Assembly: GCA_943788175.1 (NCBI GenBank)
Contig: CALSPG010000002.1
Location: forward strand, 1 to 64,000
Direction: 5' to 3'
From: an uncultured bacterium
Lineage (GTDB): Bacteria; Fidelibacterota; Marinisomatia; Marinisomatales; UBA1611
Length of the DNA: 64,000 nucleotides
In this document: piece by piece, positions 52,097 to 62,000 of the stretch
Layout: each line of letters opens with the position of its first letter
Position numbering within the stretch: position 1 is the first letter of the stretch
The notes under the pieces: generated by a model
Database searches by the model: none
The model's input: the letters and a program-made list of their open reading frames with translations, nothing else
What the model was told of the DNA's origin: nothing
Program-made: the position numbers and the translations under genes

Positions 52097-52594
52097 TCAA
52101 TCTTTATCGGAAAGATTAAAATGAATAACTGGCATTTGAACCTCTTGCTTTGCTAAGGTAGCTTCTATTTTATAATCGCCATACATACGATTTAGCATAT
52201 CTGCCGCTTTAAGCCTTGCTCCAATGATTTGAGAAGTATCCTCAAAAACGCTAGTAAGAAAGGCTGCTCTTTCTTGCCTGGAGCTGACCCTATTACCTCT
52301 TTCATCTATTTTTCTAGCCTCTACAATTGCATCAGACTGGATAAGTCCACAATCTTTGTAGCCCTGCCTTTCTAGCTCTAAACGAATGAGCGGTTTTTTG
52401 AGGTTTTCGCATGCTATTGTGTGTATGGATTGTCGACTTTTTGTCTTATACCCTGCTGCAATGACTGCTTGAGCACCATCACCGCCACTTTGAATATATG
52501 CGTCAACAAAACGCTGTTGTTTTAGCGTAAGCCGCTTATCAAAAGATAGAGCTCTACTCGATGATTGATTTGTCTGTTGATTTTTCATAATCAA
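52097..52594 (-). CDS. Phage terminase small subunit-like protein
   Basis: LTLKQQRFVDAYI..AVIAAGY..ACENLKKPLI..RLKAADML. Confidence 0.75.
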   Translation of the reverse strand: MIMKNQQTNQSSSRALSFDKRLTLKQQRFVDAYIQSGGDGAQAVIAAGYKTKSRQSIHTIACENLKKPLIRLELERQGYKDCGLIQSDAIVEARKIDERGNRVSSRQERAAFLTSVFEDTSQIIGARLKAADMLNRMYGDYKIEATLAKQEVQMPVIHFNLSDKD

Positions 52595-52722
52595 ACTCCT
52601 TTTTATTTGGGAAATAGGACTCCCGGTTTTTTAATAAGAGTGTGATTATGTTTTATAAAAACCCCATATCATATTATAACAAGACTAACTAAAATCAAAT
52701 AGTTTTTACGTTATTTTAATTT

Positions 52723-54945
52723 TTACAGGTTTAATTCCCAGAAGCTTAGCATTTTAGTATAGAGATGAATTCTTGCTTCATCATCTGCAATTCCATGCTT
52801 GCGCATGGGATAGAACATCATCTCAAACTGAATATTTTCTTTGACAAGCTCATCGATAAAATGCCAAGAGTTTTGTGGATGAACATTGTCATCGTATGTA
52901 CCATGAACAAGAAGCAATGACCCATGTAAATTTTTAGCAGTCTTGATAAAAGAAGTACTTTCATACCCTTCTGGGTTGTCTAAAGGGCGTTTCATACCAA
53001 ACTCCGCCCATTTTGTATCATAATAATGCCAATCCGTAACCGGCGCAACAGATACACCTGCTTGAAACTCTTTTGTATTGGTCATCATATTGAGCGTGAA
53101 GCTCCCTCCACCACTCCAACCCCAAACGCCAAACCTACTAGGGTCGGTATAGGATTGTGCTTTAAGCCATTTTATTCCATCAACCAGGTCTTCTCTTTCA
53201 ATAGGGCCTGACATCGCCCTTAGAACGTGATTTTCAAGCTTCTTACTGATTGCGGTACTCGCACGATGATCGAACTTAACAATCAAATATCCTTTGTTAA
53301 GGAGCATGTTATCAAAGAATAGAGATTGACCTTGCCAGCGATCAAATACAGTTGGCGCGGAAGGTCCTCCATATACATGAAAAATGACCGGATACTTTTT
53401 AGAAGGATTAAAATCTTTTGGTTTTAAGATCTGCGCAGGCATCATAAAATTATCTCTGGTCGGAATCGTAAACAGTTCTGGGGTCTGCAGGTCATACTCT
53501 GCCAAAATCTCTGGCCGATCTCCAATAAGTGTATGCGCAGCTTTACCATCCTTGTTATGAAGGATAAGCGTTGGCGGAGAGGTTCTATCAGAAAACACAT
53601 CTAAGTAGTAACTACCGCCCTCATTAAAATATATTTTATGAACGCCAGCGGGTCCAGATAGTTTCTCCATTGTCTTGCCATCCAGGCTAGACCTATAAAG
53701 ATGCCTCTCCACAGAAGATTCTTTCATTGCCGTGTAATAAATTTGGTTATTTTTCTCATCTATATTGACCACAGATTGTCTCATCCAGAAGGTTCCACCT
53801 GATGATCTTAAAGCCCAATTTCCATCTGTAATCTGGTTAATAAGTTTGCCCTCATAGGAGAACTGATAAAGGTGCGCATACCCATTTCGCTCGGACTGCC
53901 AGATAAAGCTTTTATCTAAGAAATATAAATCATCCGTGATATTGACCCAGCCGCTATCGGTTTCTGTTAATATTTTTTTAACATTTTTCCCGGTGGCTCT
54001 ATCAACAAAGAAAAGGTCTAATTTATCTTGAGCTCTGTTCATGGTCTGAACGCTCAAACGCTCGTTTCCAGGAAGCCACTTTACCCTACATAAATATTCA
54101 AAAGGATCTAGGTCTACCCATTTCAGTTTTGAATTGCTTAATTCAATAATCCCAAGTTTGACAACTGGATTCTTTGTCCCCGCTTTTGGGTATCGCTGAG
54201 TAATAAGCTCAGATTCTGCTGGCTTCCAATGCACATAATGCATCTTCGTCACCTCAGACTCATCAGTGTTTAGGAACGCAATCGCTTTGGAATCATCTGA
54301 CCACCAGTACCCAAGATCTTTTCTCCCAAATATTTCTTCCCAATAGACCCAAGAAACCGTTCCATTCAAATTGGTTTCTGAACCACTAAAGGTGATTCTT
54401 TTTTCTTTTTGTGTTCGTATATCATAGATATACATATCATTATCTCTTACAAACGAAATTTTCTTGCCGTCTGGTGAAAACCTGGCTCCTTTTTCTTCTG
54501 ATTTTGAATTCGTTACTCTGCGATAGCTTTCATTTGGTACGTCTAAAATGTAAATATCATCTTCAAAGAAGTAGATACCGTGATTACCCGTTGAACTAAA
54601 GGAACTTGGCCATTCTAAATACATAGAGGTATCGGTTCTTCCTACTGCACTTAAAATAGATTTAGAAATTTTTTCACTATCAACAACAGGAACCATTTTC
54701 ATCGATGAGCTTGGATTCATTTTAAGTAGTGTGCGCTCCTCCTTTGGTTTGCGCATATCCATCAAATACAATGTATTATCATTAATCCAAGCGGTTTTGT
54801 AACTAGCGCCTACCATCCTGCCTTCATCTGAATAAATCCAATCAATATCAAATTTTTCTTCTTTTATTTCATCACTACAGGCTTGAAAAAGAAATAACGG
54901 TAACAGTGTGTATTTTAAGATAGCTCTCATTTGGTTTCCTTTCAA
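52723..54945 (-). CDS. Dipeptidyl peptidase IV (S9B)
   Basis: WVYWEE, YPKAG, GWSGGG, DDNVH, RKHGI. Confidence 0.95.
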   Translation of the reverse strand: MKGNQMRAILKYTLLPLFLFQACSDEIKEEKFDIDWIYSDEGRMVGASYKTAWINDNTLYLMDMRKPKEERTLLKMNPSSSMKMVPVVDSEKISKSILSAVGRTDTSMYLEWPSSFSSTGNHGIYFFEDDIYILDVPNESYRRVTNSKSEEKGARFSPDGKKISFVRDNDMYIYDIRTQKEKRITFSGSETNLNGTVSWVYWEEIFGRKDLGYWWSDDSKAIAFLNTDESEVTKMHYVHWKPAESELITQRYPKAGTKNPVVKLGIIELSNSKLKWVDLDPFEYLCRVKWLPGNERLSVQTMNRAQDKLDLFFVDRATGKNVKKILTETDSGWVNITDDLYFLDKSFIWQSERNGYAHLYQFSYEGKLINQITDGNWALRSSGGTFWMRQSVVNIDEKNNQIYYTAMKESSVERHLYRSSLDGKTMEKLSGPAGVHKIYFNEGGSYYLDVFSDRTSPPTLILHNKDGKAAHTLIGDRPEILAEYDLQTPELFTIPTRDNFMMPAQILKPKDFNPSKKYPVIFHVYGGPSAPTVFDRWQGQSLFFDNMLLNKGYLIVKFDHRASTAISKKLENHVLRAMSGPIEREDLVDGIKWLKAQSYTDPSRFGVWGWSGGGSFTLNMMTNTKEFQAGVSVAPVTDWHYYDTKWAEFGMKRPLDNPEGYESTSFIKTAKNLHGSLLLVHGTYDDNVHPQNSWHFIDELVKENIQFEMMFYPMRKHGIADDEARIHLYTKMLSFWELNL

Positions 54946-55057
54946 ATTCTAACAGACGTTAACAACAAAATATAACTAATATGATTTAACGTAGTTTAAT
55001 TAAAAACAAGAAAACTGGTTATTTATTCGTTATCAAAACTTGAAGTAATATATACCC

Positions 55058-55207
55058 ATGAAATTCTTTCGAGATGTGTTTAAAACAAGGGATATAACAG
55101 ATTCAAAAAAAATAGATTTTACTCCTTATAACATTATGGTCATTGTTGTAAGACTGTTTATTATTGCTTTTATCTTTTTAACGGTTAGCAGATACGTAGG
55201 TATTTAA
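55058..55207 (+). CDS. Small single-TM protein (49 aa)
   Basis: Manual translation MKFFRDVFK...FIIAFIFLTVSRYVGI*; ends 2 bp before pxpB. Confidence 0.45.
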   Translation: MKFFRDVFKTRDITDSKKIDFTPYNIMVIVVRLFIIAFIFLTVSRYVGI

Positions 55208-55209
55208 TC

Positions 55210-55911
55210 ATGGATCAAGAAACCTTTAGACCACCAACTATTTTGCCTGCTTCTGATCGGTCGATTATGATTCAGTTTAATCAAGAGATATCCGAATACA
55301 TTCACCAGCAAGTTCATTTTTATAGCACTCTTTTATTAGAAACCCACGAAGATAAAATCAGCAACCTCTCACCTGCTTACAGTTCCATATTAATTCGGTT
55401 AAAGGAAGGAATCTCTATATGGCGAACCATCGCAAAACTAAAACAATTTTTTAACGAGAATCATGAAATAAAAGTCACCGATAGAACGAGAATCAAAATA
55501 CCGGTTTGTTATGAAGGCGGATTTGCACCTGACCTTGCACGCGTTTCCGCCCATACAGGATTAAGCATTAAGCAAATCATTCATAAGCACACAACTGGGA
55601 AATATTTAATTTACTTTTTAGGTTTCTCTCCTGGATTCCCCTATGTCGGAGGTATGGACCCAAACCTTGAAACACCGAGGTTAGAATCTCCGAGAACCAG
55701 TGTCCCTGCGGGGTCTGTTGCTATTGGAGGAAAACAAACAGGCATATACCCAATTCAAAGCCCTGGAGGCTGGAATATCATTGGCAGAACGCCTCTTAAT
55801 TTATTTAGTTGGAATCAAGCGAAAACGCCTGCGTTACCCATGGGAGCATCCATTGAGTTCTATTCAATTACAGACCAAGAATTTCACGACAACCAGGAAT
55901 CACTATTTTGA
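55210..55911 (+). CDS. pxpB: 5-oxoprolinase subunit B
   Basis: IPVCY, GFSPGFPY, VPAGSVAIGG.QTGIYP..SPGGWNIIGRT. Confidence 0.92.
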   Translation: MDQETFRPPTILPASDRSIMIQFNQEISEYIHQQVHFYSTLLLETHEDKISNLSPAYSSILIRLKEGISIWRTIAKLKQFFNENHEIKVTDRTRIKIPVCYEGGFAPDLARVSAHTGLSIKQIIHKHTTGKYLIYFLGFSPGFPYVGGMDPNLETPRLESPRTSVPAGSVAIGGKQTGIYPIQSPGGWNIIGRTPLNLFSWNQAKTPALPMGASIEFYSITDQEFHDNQESLF

Positions 55912-56816
55912 AGATGACGGTGATCAAACAAGGGTTTCAAGACCTGGTACAAGACCTTGGTCGAAATGGCTATACTCATGTTGGCATTTCACCTACGGGA
56001 GCTGCAGATAAAGTATCGATGAGAATTGCAAATCTTTTCTTGGGCAATCAGGTTAATGATGCTGTTTTGGAGATTACGCTGTTTGGCGGGACGTATCTTT
56101 TTGATATGCCAACGACAATCTGCCTTTCTGGAAGCCATTTTACTGCAACAATTCGAGGAGATGACGTTCCTTTTAACAAGCCTGTAACTATCCAAAAAAG
56201 AGATATACTTTCTATTGGAGGCTCTACATCAGGCGCAAGGTGCTATCTTGCAATTCAAAATGGTTTTAGTGTTACAGACTTACTTGGCAGCAGCTCAACC
56301 CATTTAATGTCCAAAACGGGAGGATTCAGAGGAAGAAACCTTCAAAAAGAAGACCAACTAGCTTATAATGAGCCGGAAAAAAGATATTTCCCAATCGATC
56401 GAAAGTTTCCAATTGACCATAACCGTTCTATCATTAGGGCAACACCTGGCTTGCAACATTCTCTTTTTGACAAACCTACTCAAGAATTATTTTTCAGTAA
56501 AGAATACACTGTATCTCATCAATCTAATCGCATGGGAATTCGTATCCATGGGCCTAAAATACAAAAACGAACACCTGAGGACATCATAACCGAGGGTTTA
56601 CCGCTTGGAGCAGTACAGGTTACAGGTAACGGTGATAGCATTATTACGTTTGTTGACCACCAAACAACAGGTGGATATCCAAAAATTGCAAACGTAATTG
56701 CTGCTGACATGCATAAAGTTGGTCAATTAAGGCCCGGAGATGTCTTTACATTTGAACTCATTACCATGGACAAAGCAGAAACGTATTATCTCGCTCAGGA
56801 GCAAATACTTAAATAA
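55908..56816 (+). CDS. pxpC: 5-oxoprolinase subunit C
   Basis: VQDLGR, GARCYLA, SNRMG, QTTGGYPKIA. Confidence 0.92.
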   Translation: MKMTVIKQGFQDLVQDLGRNGYTHVGISPTGAADKVSMRIANLFLGNQVNDAVLEITLFGGTYLFDMPTTICLSGSHFTATIRGDDVPFNKPVTIQKRDILSIGGSTSGARCYLAIQNGFSVTDLLGSSSTHLMSKTGGFRGRNLQKEDQLAYNEPEKRYFPIDRKFPIDHNRSIIRATPGLQHSLFDKPTQELFFSKEYTVSHQSNRMGIRIHGPKIQKRTPEDIITEGLPLGAVQVTGNGDSIITFVDHQTTGGYPKIANVIAADMHKVGQLRPGDVFTFELITMDKAETYYLAQEQILK

Positions 56817-57547
56817 TGATCGATATCAATTGCGACATGGGAGAACTAACTACGCTTTTAGAAGACGGAACGTATGAAGCTTTAATGAACCATGTCACCT
56901 CAATTAATATAGCTTGCGGCGGTCATGCTGGCGATGAAAAAATGATACGAGTCATGGTTGAGACTGCTAAGGAGAAAAACGTCAAGATAGGCGCACACCC
57001 GAGCTACCCAGACCGTAAGAACTTTGGTCGATATGAAATGGACATTAGCGATAAAAAGCTGTCTACTTCAATCCTGGAACAAATTACCAAAGTTATAAAT
57101 ATTGCGGAGGAGCATAATTATTCAATTAGTCATATGAAACCTCATGGTGCTCTTTACAACAAAGCGGCAAACGATGAAAGCTTAGCAACCTTAATCGGTG
57201 AGACCATTAAATCTATCAACCCCTCTCTCCCGGTTATGTGTTTGGCCGGTTCTAAAATGGTTTCAACATTGAAAGATATGGGATTAAATGTATTACGTGA
57301 ATCCTTTGCTGATAGAACCTATGAAGCAGATGGTAGCCTACGGAAAAGAGTATTAAGTGATGCTTTAATATTAAACCCTCAAATTGCAGCAATGCAGGCA
57401 TATAATATATCTAAAAATAATAAATTAGTTGCTCATGACGGGACAGAAATCACCCTTCAATCGGAGACGATGTGCATTCACAGTGATACACCAGAAGCCT
57501 TAAAAATTGCAATTGCTGTAAACAATAAACTAAATAGGAGTCAATGA
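56816..57547 (+). CDS. pxpA: 5-oxoprolinase subunit A (LamB/YcsF)
   Basis: DINCDMGE, NIACGGHAG, GAHPSYPD, KPHGALYN. Confidence 0.95.
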   Translation: MIDINCDMGELTTLLEDGTYEALMNHVTSINIACGGHAGDEKMIRVMVETAKEKNVKIGAHPSYPDRKNFGRYEMDISDKKLSTSILEQITKVINIAEEHNYSISHMKPHGALYNKAANDESLATLIGETIKSINPSLPVMCLAGSKMVSTLKDMGLNVLRESFADRTYEADGSLRKRVLSDALILNPQIAAMQAYNISKNNKLVAHDGTEITLQSETMCIHSDTPEALKIAIAVNNKLNRSQ

Positions 57548-57816
57548 TGCGTTCATATTTCCAAGGCCTTATAACAGGCGCCATACTGGTATTTTCTTTA
57601 TTCATTTTCATGGGACAGCAAGACCTTCAAAAAGCGGAAGAACGTGCTAACAATAGGTTTGATGAAATTGTAAAAGCGATAGAAATTATTTACACCGAGA
57701 TTGGTTCTACATCAGATCATCATTTTGTGAAGTTAAATGAAGTAGAAAAAAAGGTTGATCACATGGAGACGCTTGTTGTCGAGATGTTCAACTACGGCAT
57801 TAAATGCAAATTGTAA
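57544..57816 (+). CDS. Hypothetical exported protein
   Basis: N-terminus resembles that of ORF 43507. Confidence 0.6.
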   Translation: MMRSYFQGLITGAILVFSLFIFMGQQDLQKAEERANNRFDEIVKAIEIIYTEIGSTSDHHFVKLNEVEKKVDHMETLVVEMFNYGIKCKL

Positions 57817-57820
57817 TCGA

Positions 57821-58190
57821 CTAACTGCTAATAATTGCCGCTGCGACAAGAAGCCCTGCGCAATTTGCAATCATATCTTTCACGCTAAAAAATCCGTTTT
57901 TTTCCCCTCGAGTCATTTAATTCTTTCGAAAGGCCTGCAACAAAACTTAATGCCGTAGAAACAGGCAAAGACTCTGACTCCGTATTTTTAGATTTATTGA
58001 CCAGAACGTACTGACAACCCAGCGATATCAAACAGCTGTAGGTAAAATGCTGCGCTTTATCTACAGCAAACCATTTGTCTACCCTTTTTACTTTTTGTTT
58101 TTGTTCTGACTTCGTGTCAATAGGGTTGTTATCCTGAGCGCTTATAATACAGAAACATAGGACTAATAGTATCACAATATACTTTTTCAT
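57821..58190 (-). pseudogene. YfiM/DUF2279-like protein, +1 frameshift in an A-run
   Basis: DKAQHF..KELND, then FSVKDMIANCAG in a shifted frame. Confidence 0.65.
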
Positions 58191-58195
58191 TTTTA

Positions 58196-58690
58196 CTATT
58201 GATTATAATTCTTGAGATCGTTTGTGTGGTCTAAAGTCATTTTCCAAGACCCACCTACTTTAATATTATGAGTAGACCAATGCCCCTCTCGCTCCGTCGT
58301 TACGCCTTCTTTTGATGTACTTTTTACTTTCCACTTACCATAAGCAAAGGCTCTGCTACCAAATACTTGCGCTGATATTACTTCTGCACTATGATTAATT
58401 GACTCTGAACTTCCGTACCAATCAATAAAGTCTTGTTTTATCTTATCAAGGCCTTGAATTGGAGCAAGTCCATTCCCATTCACAATCGCATCCTCAGCGT
58501 ATAAAGAAAGACTCCCAACCACATCCATTGTGTTTGCATACATTGAATATTTATCACAAATCGCTTTTTGGTATTCTGCTTTAAAATCACCATCTGCACT
58601 GCTTATGTCAACCTCTACACAATTAACCAGCAGAGCTAAGCTCAACACTATTATGGATTGTTTCATTGGAATCTCCTTTGTTTTCTGCAT
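58196..58690 (-). CDS. SnoaL/NTF2-like (DUF4440) exported protein
   Basis: LYAEDA, PIQG, GSWKMTLDH. Confidence 0.75.
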   Translation of the reverse strand: MQKTKEIPMKQSIIVLSLALLVNCVEVDISSADGDFKAEYQKAICDKYSMYANTMDVVGSLSLYAEDAIVNGNGLAPIQGLDKIKQDFIDWYGSSESINHSAEVISAQVFGSRAFAYGKWKVKSTSKEGVTTEREGHWSTHNIKVGGSWKMTLDHTNDLKNYNQ

Positions 58691-58840
58691 TCAATCTAAT
58701 GAAGCAGATGACAAAAGATTAGAGCTTTAAGTAGTTTTTTATATAACCGAAAAAGAAGATATGATAAGGTTTACAACTAGCATGCATACTATAAAGTAAT
58801 ACATTATATAAAATATTATAAATATTTATATTATTTGTTT

Positions 58841-59926
58841 TTAAAAATTAAACCTTAACTGAAAACTGACCTCTTCTTTTTCATTATTTTCTTTAGAATA
58901 CAAATTAGAAATAGCAATTCCAAGAAGCCGAACAGAGCGCTCAATTTTTTTTTGATAGATTAATTCTTCGATTATCGGAAAGAATTCGTGTTTCTTTGAT
59001 ATATGACGTTCTATCGTCTTGCTTCTCGTTTGAGTTGTAAAATCATTATATTTCAATTTTACGGTAATAGTCCTACCTTTATTTTTTGATTTAATCATTC
59101 GTTTTTCCAGCTCGTCAGCAATACTGTCAAGTTCATCGAGCATAAACGCCTCAGACTTAATATCTTTCGAGAACGTTCTTTCTGCTCCTACCGACTTGCG
59201 TATGCGGCTAGGGTTTACAGGGCTATCTTGAATACTTCGGACTATTTTGTAGTAATGACTTCCTGCTTTTCCAAAATAAGCGATTAGTTTATCTTTATCT
59301 AGTTTGCGTAAATCAGCACCATAATAAATACCGAGATCGTTCATCTTTTTTGCGGTAACCTTACCGACACCAAAGAATTTTTTCACCTCGAGTGTATCAA
59401 TAAACTCATCTACCTGAGATGGATGAATCGTCTTCTGTCCATTAGGCTTATTGACCTCTGTCGCAACTTTTGCCAAAAACTTATTAATCGAAATACCGGC
59501 GGATGCTGTTAGGCCTGTTTCCGATGTAATCCTGGCTCGTATCTCTTTTGCGATATCGGCTGCAAGTTCTACATTTTTTTTATTTTCGGTAACATCCAAA
59601 AAAGCCTCATCAAGTGAAAGCGGCTCAATGATATCTGTATAATCGGAGAAAATAGCTCTTATTTGACCTGATATCTCTTTGTATCTATCAAACCTTGGCC
59701 TTGCAAAGATAAGGTCCTTACATCTCTTTTTTGCAAGAACAGAGGGCATCGCAGACCTTACGCCAAATACTCTGGCTTCATAGGATGCTGCAGCGACCAC
59801 ACCTCTTTCTTTGCTTCCACCAACAGCTACTGGCTTACCCCTCAGAATCGGATTGTCTAATTGTTCAACTGAGGCAAAAAAGGCATCCATATCAATGTGG
59901 ATGATTTTTCGTATGACCTTTTTCAA
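58841..59926 (-). CDS. dinB: DNA polymerase IV
   Basis: HIDMDAFFASVEQ, ASYEAR, SLDEAFLD, VRLLGI. Confidence 0.97.
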   Translation of the reverse strand: MKKVIRKIIHIDMDAFFASVEQLDNPILRGKPVAVGGSKERGVVAAASYEARVFGVRSAMPSVLAKKRCKDLIFARPRFDRYKEISGQIRAIFSDYTDIIEPLSLDEAFLDVTENKKNVELAADIAKEIRARITSETGLTASAGISINKFLAKVATEVNKPNGQKTIHPSQVDEFIDTLEVKKFFGVGKVTAKKMNDLGIYYGADLRKLDKDKLIAYFGKAGSHYYKIVRSIQDSPVNPSRIRKSVGAERTFSKDIKSEAFMLDELDSIADELEKRMIKSKNKGRTITVKLKYNDFTTQTRSKTIERHISKKHEFFPIIEELIYQKKIERSVRLLGIAISNLYSKENNEKEEVSFQLRFNF

Positions 59927-59985
59927 AAGGGAAACGTAAAAATGTGAGGATTACAATAAGCTGAGATCAACTTAATGAAAAGGTC

Positions 59986-61956
59986 CTACTGGTTCCAGTA
60001 AAGCTTTCTTTTTAGCTTATTGGATAAGCTTTGCACTTCGGTATGCCTGAGCTTGACACCTAAAAGTGCTTTTGATTCTTTCACAAACTCATGAAAGGGA
60101 ATACGCAGAACGGATGTTTCTCCTGACGTTAATGATTTTTTTCCGTCTGGAGTAACAATGATAATCATACCCGTATGTGCTTTAAGTTTTTCAATGTCTT
60201 CTTTAGGCTCTTGTTCATGGTAACCAAGCCTAGTTTCAATTATTTTGTCCCAAAAATAAAACTCCGGAACGGTACTTTTAATCTGCTGTTTACAAGAGAA
60301 CTGATTTTCTTTGGTTACTCTTTTTGGATTTTTCAGTTCAGTAAAGTTGTATTTTTTGAGCAACGCATGGAAGAAGGTATGAAATGCATTTTGCATACTT
60401 TCTCTTGTTTTAAGCTGATTCGTAAATGCTTTAAGGTCCACGCCTACTTTAAGAAGTCCTGCTGTCCAGTATCCATACTTTGCACAAATGGCGTGGTAAA
60501 GTCCTTTTTCATGGGTTGTGGCATACTTGCCAAGGAGTCTATTCTCCCCGGTATTTAGTGATTCTTCTACGAGCCTTCTAACGTTTTCATATATGACCTC
60601 AATCTTCCATGGGTCATCTAGCTCATCATGATATAATGAGTCTAGATCCTTAACAGGAAGTCCAAGATTTTCCATAAAATTAATATAGCTTCCTTTTCCT
60701 AGTTCTGTCATTTGATCTAGTACTTCAGCTTCATTTTCGTCATTTTCTAAATACTTTCGCGTAATTCTCTGTCCGTTCGAATATCTTCTAAATACGCCCT
60801 GAAGCATATCGTCGAAGGTCGAAGCATCGCGCAAATCGCCGTCCACATAAATATCACGAAAAACTCTCTCAATATGATCTATATAGTACTGATGAGGAGC
60901 GCAGGGTTCCTTATCTCTGTAGAAGTAGGCTTCTATCAAACTGCCTAAAAGAAAATCATCATCGTGCATGAACTCTCTAAATTTAGAATCTGCCCACGTT
61001 TTTCTTAACCCTCTATAGAAATAAGCGATGTAATCGTATTTTGGCTTTGTTAAATGCTCTTGTTTAAATACAAATTTTTGTTCGATCAAATAATCCAGAA
61101 ACATAAGGACAAACCGTTTTCTGTTTGCAGCTGCAATCTTTTGTTTGATCTCCATATAATCAAATCCGGCTGCTTCTACGGCTGCTTTCCAACATAGTTC
61201 ATGCGTAGCCAAATCTTTTGTGCCAAACATGCGCACACCTTCTTGCATTATGGACACTAATGAAATTCTCAATTCAGGTGTTTTTTCGGCCTGCGACAAT
61301 GGAAAGTCTGAACCAGGGTAGCGAATGAAATCAGGAATACGAATGAACTTCCTATCATCCTTATCTTTTGGATTCATATATTCAGCTGCGAGCACTCTAT
61401 CACCAAAGATGCCAGCAACTATTTTTAAGGTTTCAGACCAGTTTTTCTTTTCTTCCTCCTCATTAGTACCATAAACTGGCGGAAGGTGACAATTGGGATT
61501 AATACCTGCATGCGCATATGCATCTTGAACAGTAATAAACAATTTGTTCTTCCCTAAATTTTGAAGCTGAGCTAAAAGTGGTTTGTTGAACTGATTAAAA
61601 AATCCGCGTACCGACAAATCAAATGTTTTTTTATTCTGATGCCTTTTGGCCCATTTATCGTGGGCACTTCGAAGCTCGTGAACCATTCGCTGTTTTGACC
61701 ATCTATCATGCATCGCCGTTAGATAGTCTGTTGGGTTTGCATGATAACGCTTCATCGTATAGCGTATCTGCTTCTCCGTTAAATTTGGAATAATATACGA
61801 AATTTCTTGGACGGTCTTCTTCTTCCAGATACTTAGAACGATAGCCAGCGCTTTCTGCTGGACATCTTCTAGTTCATGCACCATCAGCTTCTCTAACAGG
61901 ATTACCTGTTTTTCTGTGGGAACTCTACCTGTTTGTTTTTCTTTTTTTTCTGCCAT
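59986..61956 (-). CDS. Hypothetical protein with probable N-terminal HTH and helical repeats
   Basis: 656-aa ORF; repeated W/Y..A...AG(I/F/V) units. Confidence 0.7.
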   Translation of the reverse strand: MAEKKEKQTGRVPTEKQVILLEKLMVHELEDVQQKALAIVLSIWKKKTVQEISYIIPNLTEKQIRYTMKRYHANPTDYLTAMHDRWSKQRMVHELRSAHDKWAKRHQNKKTFDLSVRGFFNQFNKPLLAQLQNLGKNKLFITVQDAYAHAGINPNCHLPPVYGTNEEEEKKNWSETLKIVAGIFGDRVLAAEYMNPKDKDDRKFIRIPDFIRYPGSDFPLSQAEKTPELRISLVSIMQEGVRMFGTKDLATHELCWKAAVEAAGFDYMEIKQKIAAANRKRFVLMFLDYLIEQKFVFKQEHLTKPKYDYIAYFYRGLRKTWADSKFREFMHDDDFLLGSLIEAYFYRDKEPCAPHQYYIDHIERVFRDIYVDGDLRDASTFDDMLQGVFRRYSNGQRITRKYLENDENEAEVLDQMTELGKGSYINFMENLGLPVKDLDSLYHDELDDPWKIEVIYENVRRLVEESLNTGENRLLGKYATTHEKGLYHAICAKYGYWTAGLLKVGVDLKAFTNQLKTRESMQNAFHTFFHALLKKYNFTELKNPKRVTKENQFSCKQQIKSTVPEFYFWDKIIETRLGYHEQEPKEDIEKLKAHTGMIIIVTPDGKKSLTSGETSVLRIPFHEFVKESKALLGVKLRHTEVQSLSNKLKRKLYWNQ

Positions 61957-62000
61957 AATTCAAATTCGATAGGATAAGATAAATTTTTCCGCAGTCCTAT

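Noticed and set aside
40096-52600. Prophage
   Set aside because: No capsid, portal, tail, large terminase or lysis genes.
57885-58190. MKKYIVILLVL start as another copy of the element
   Set aside because: Only the first few codons match at DNA level and the palindrome's second arm is missing; probably an ordinary signal peptide.
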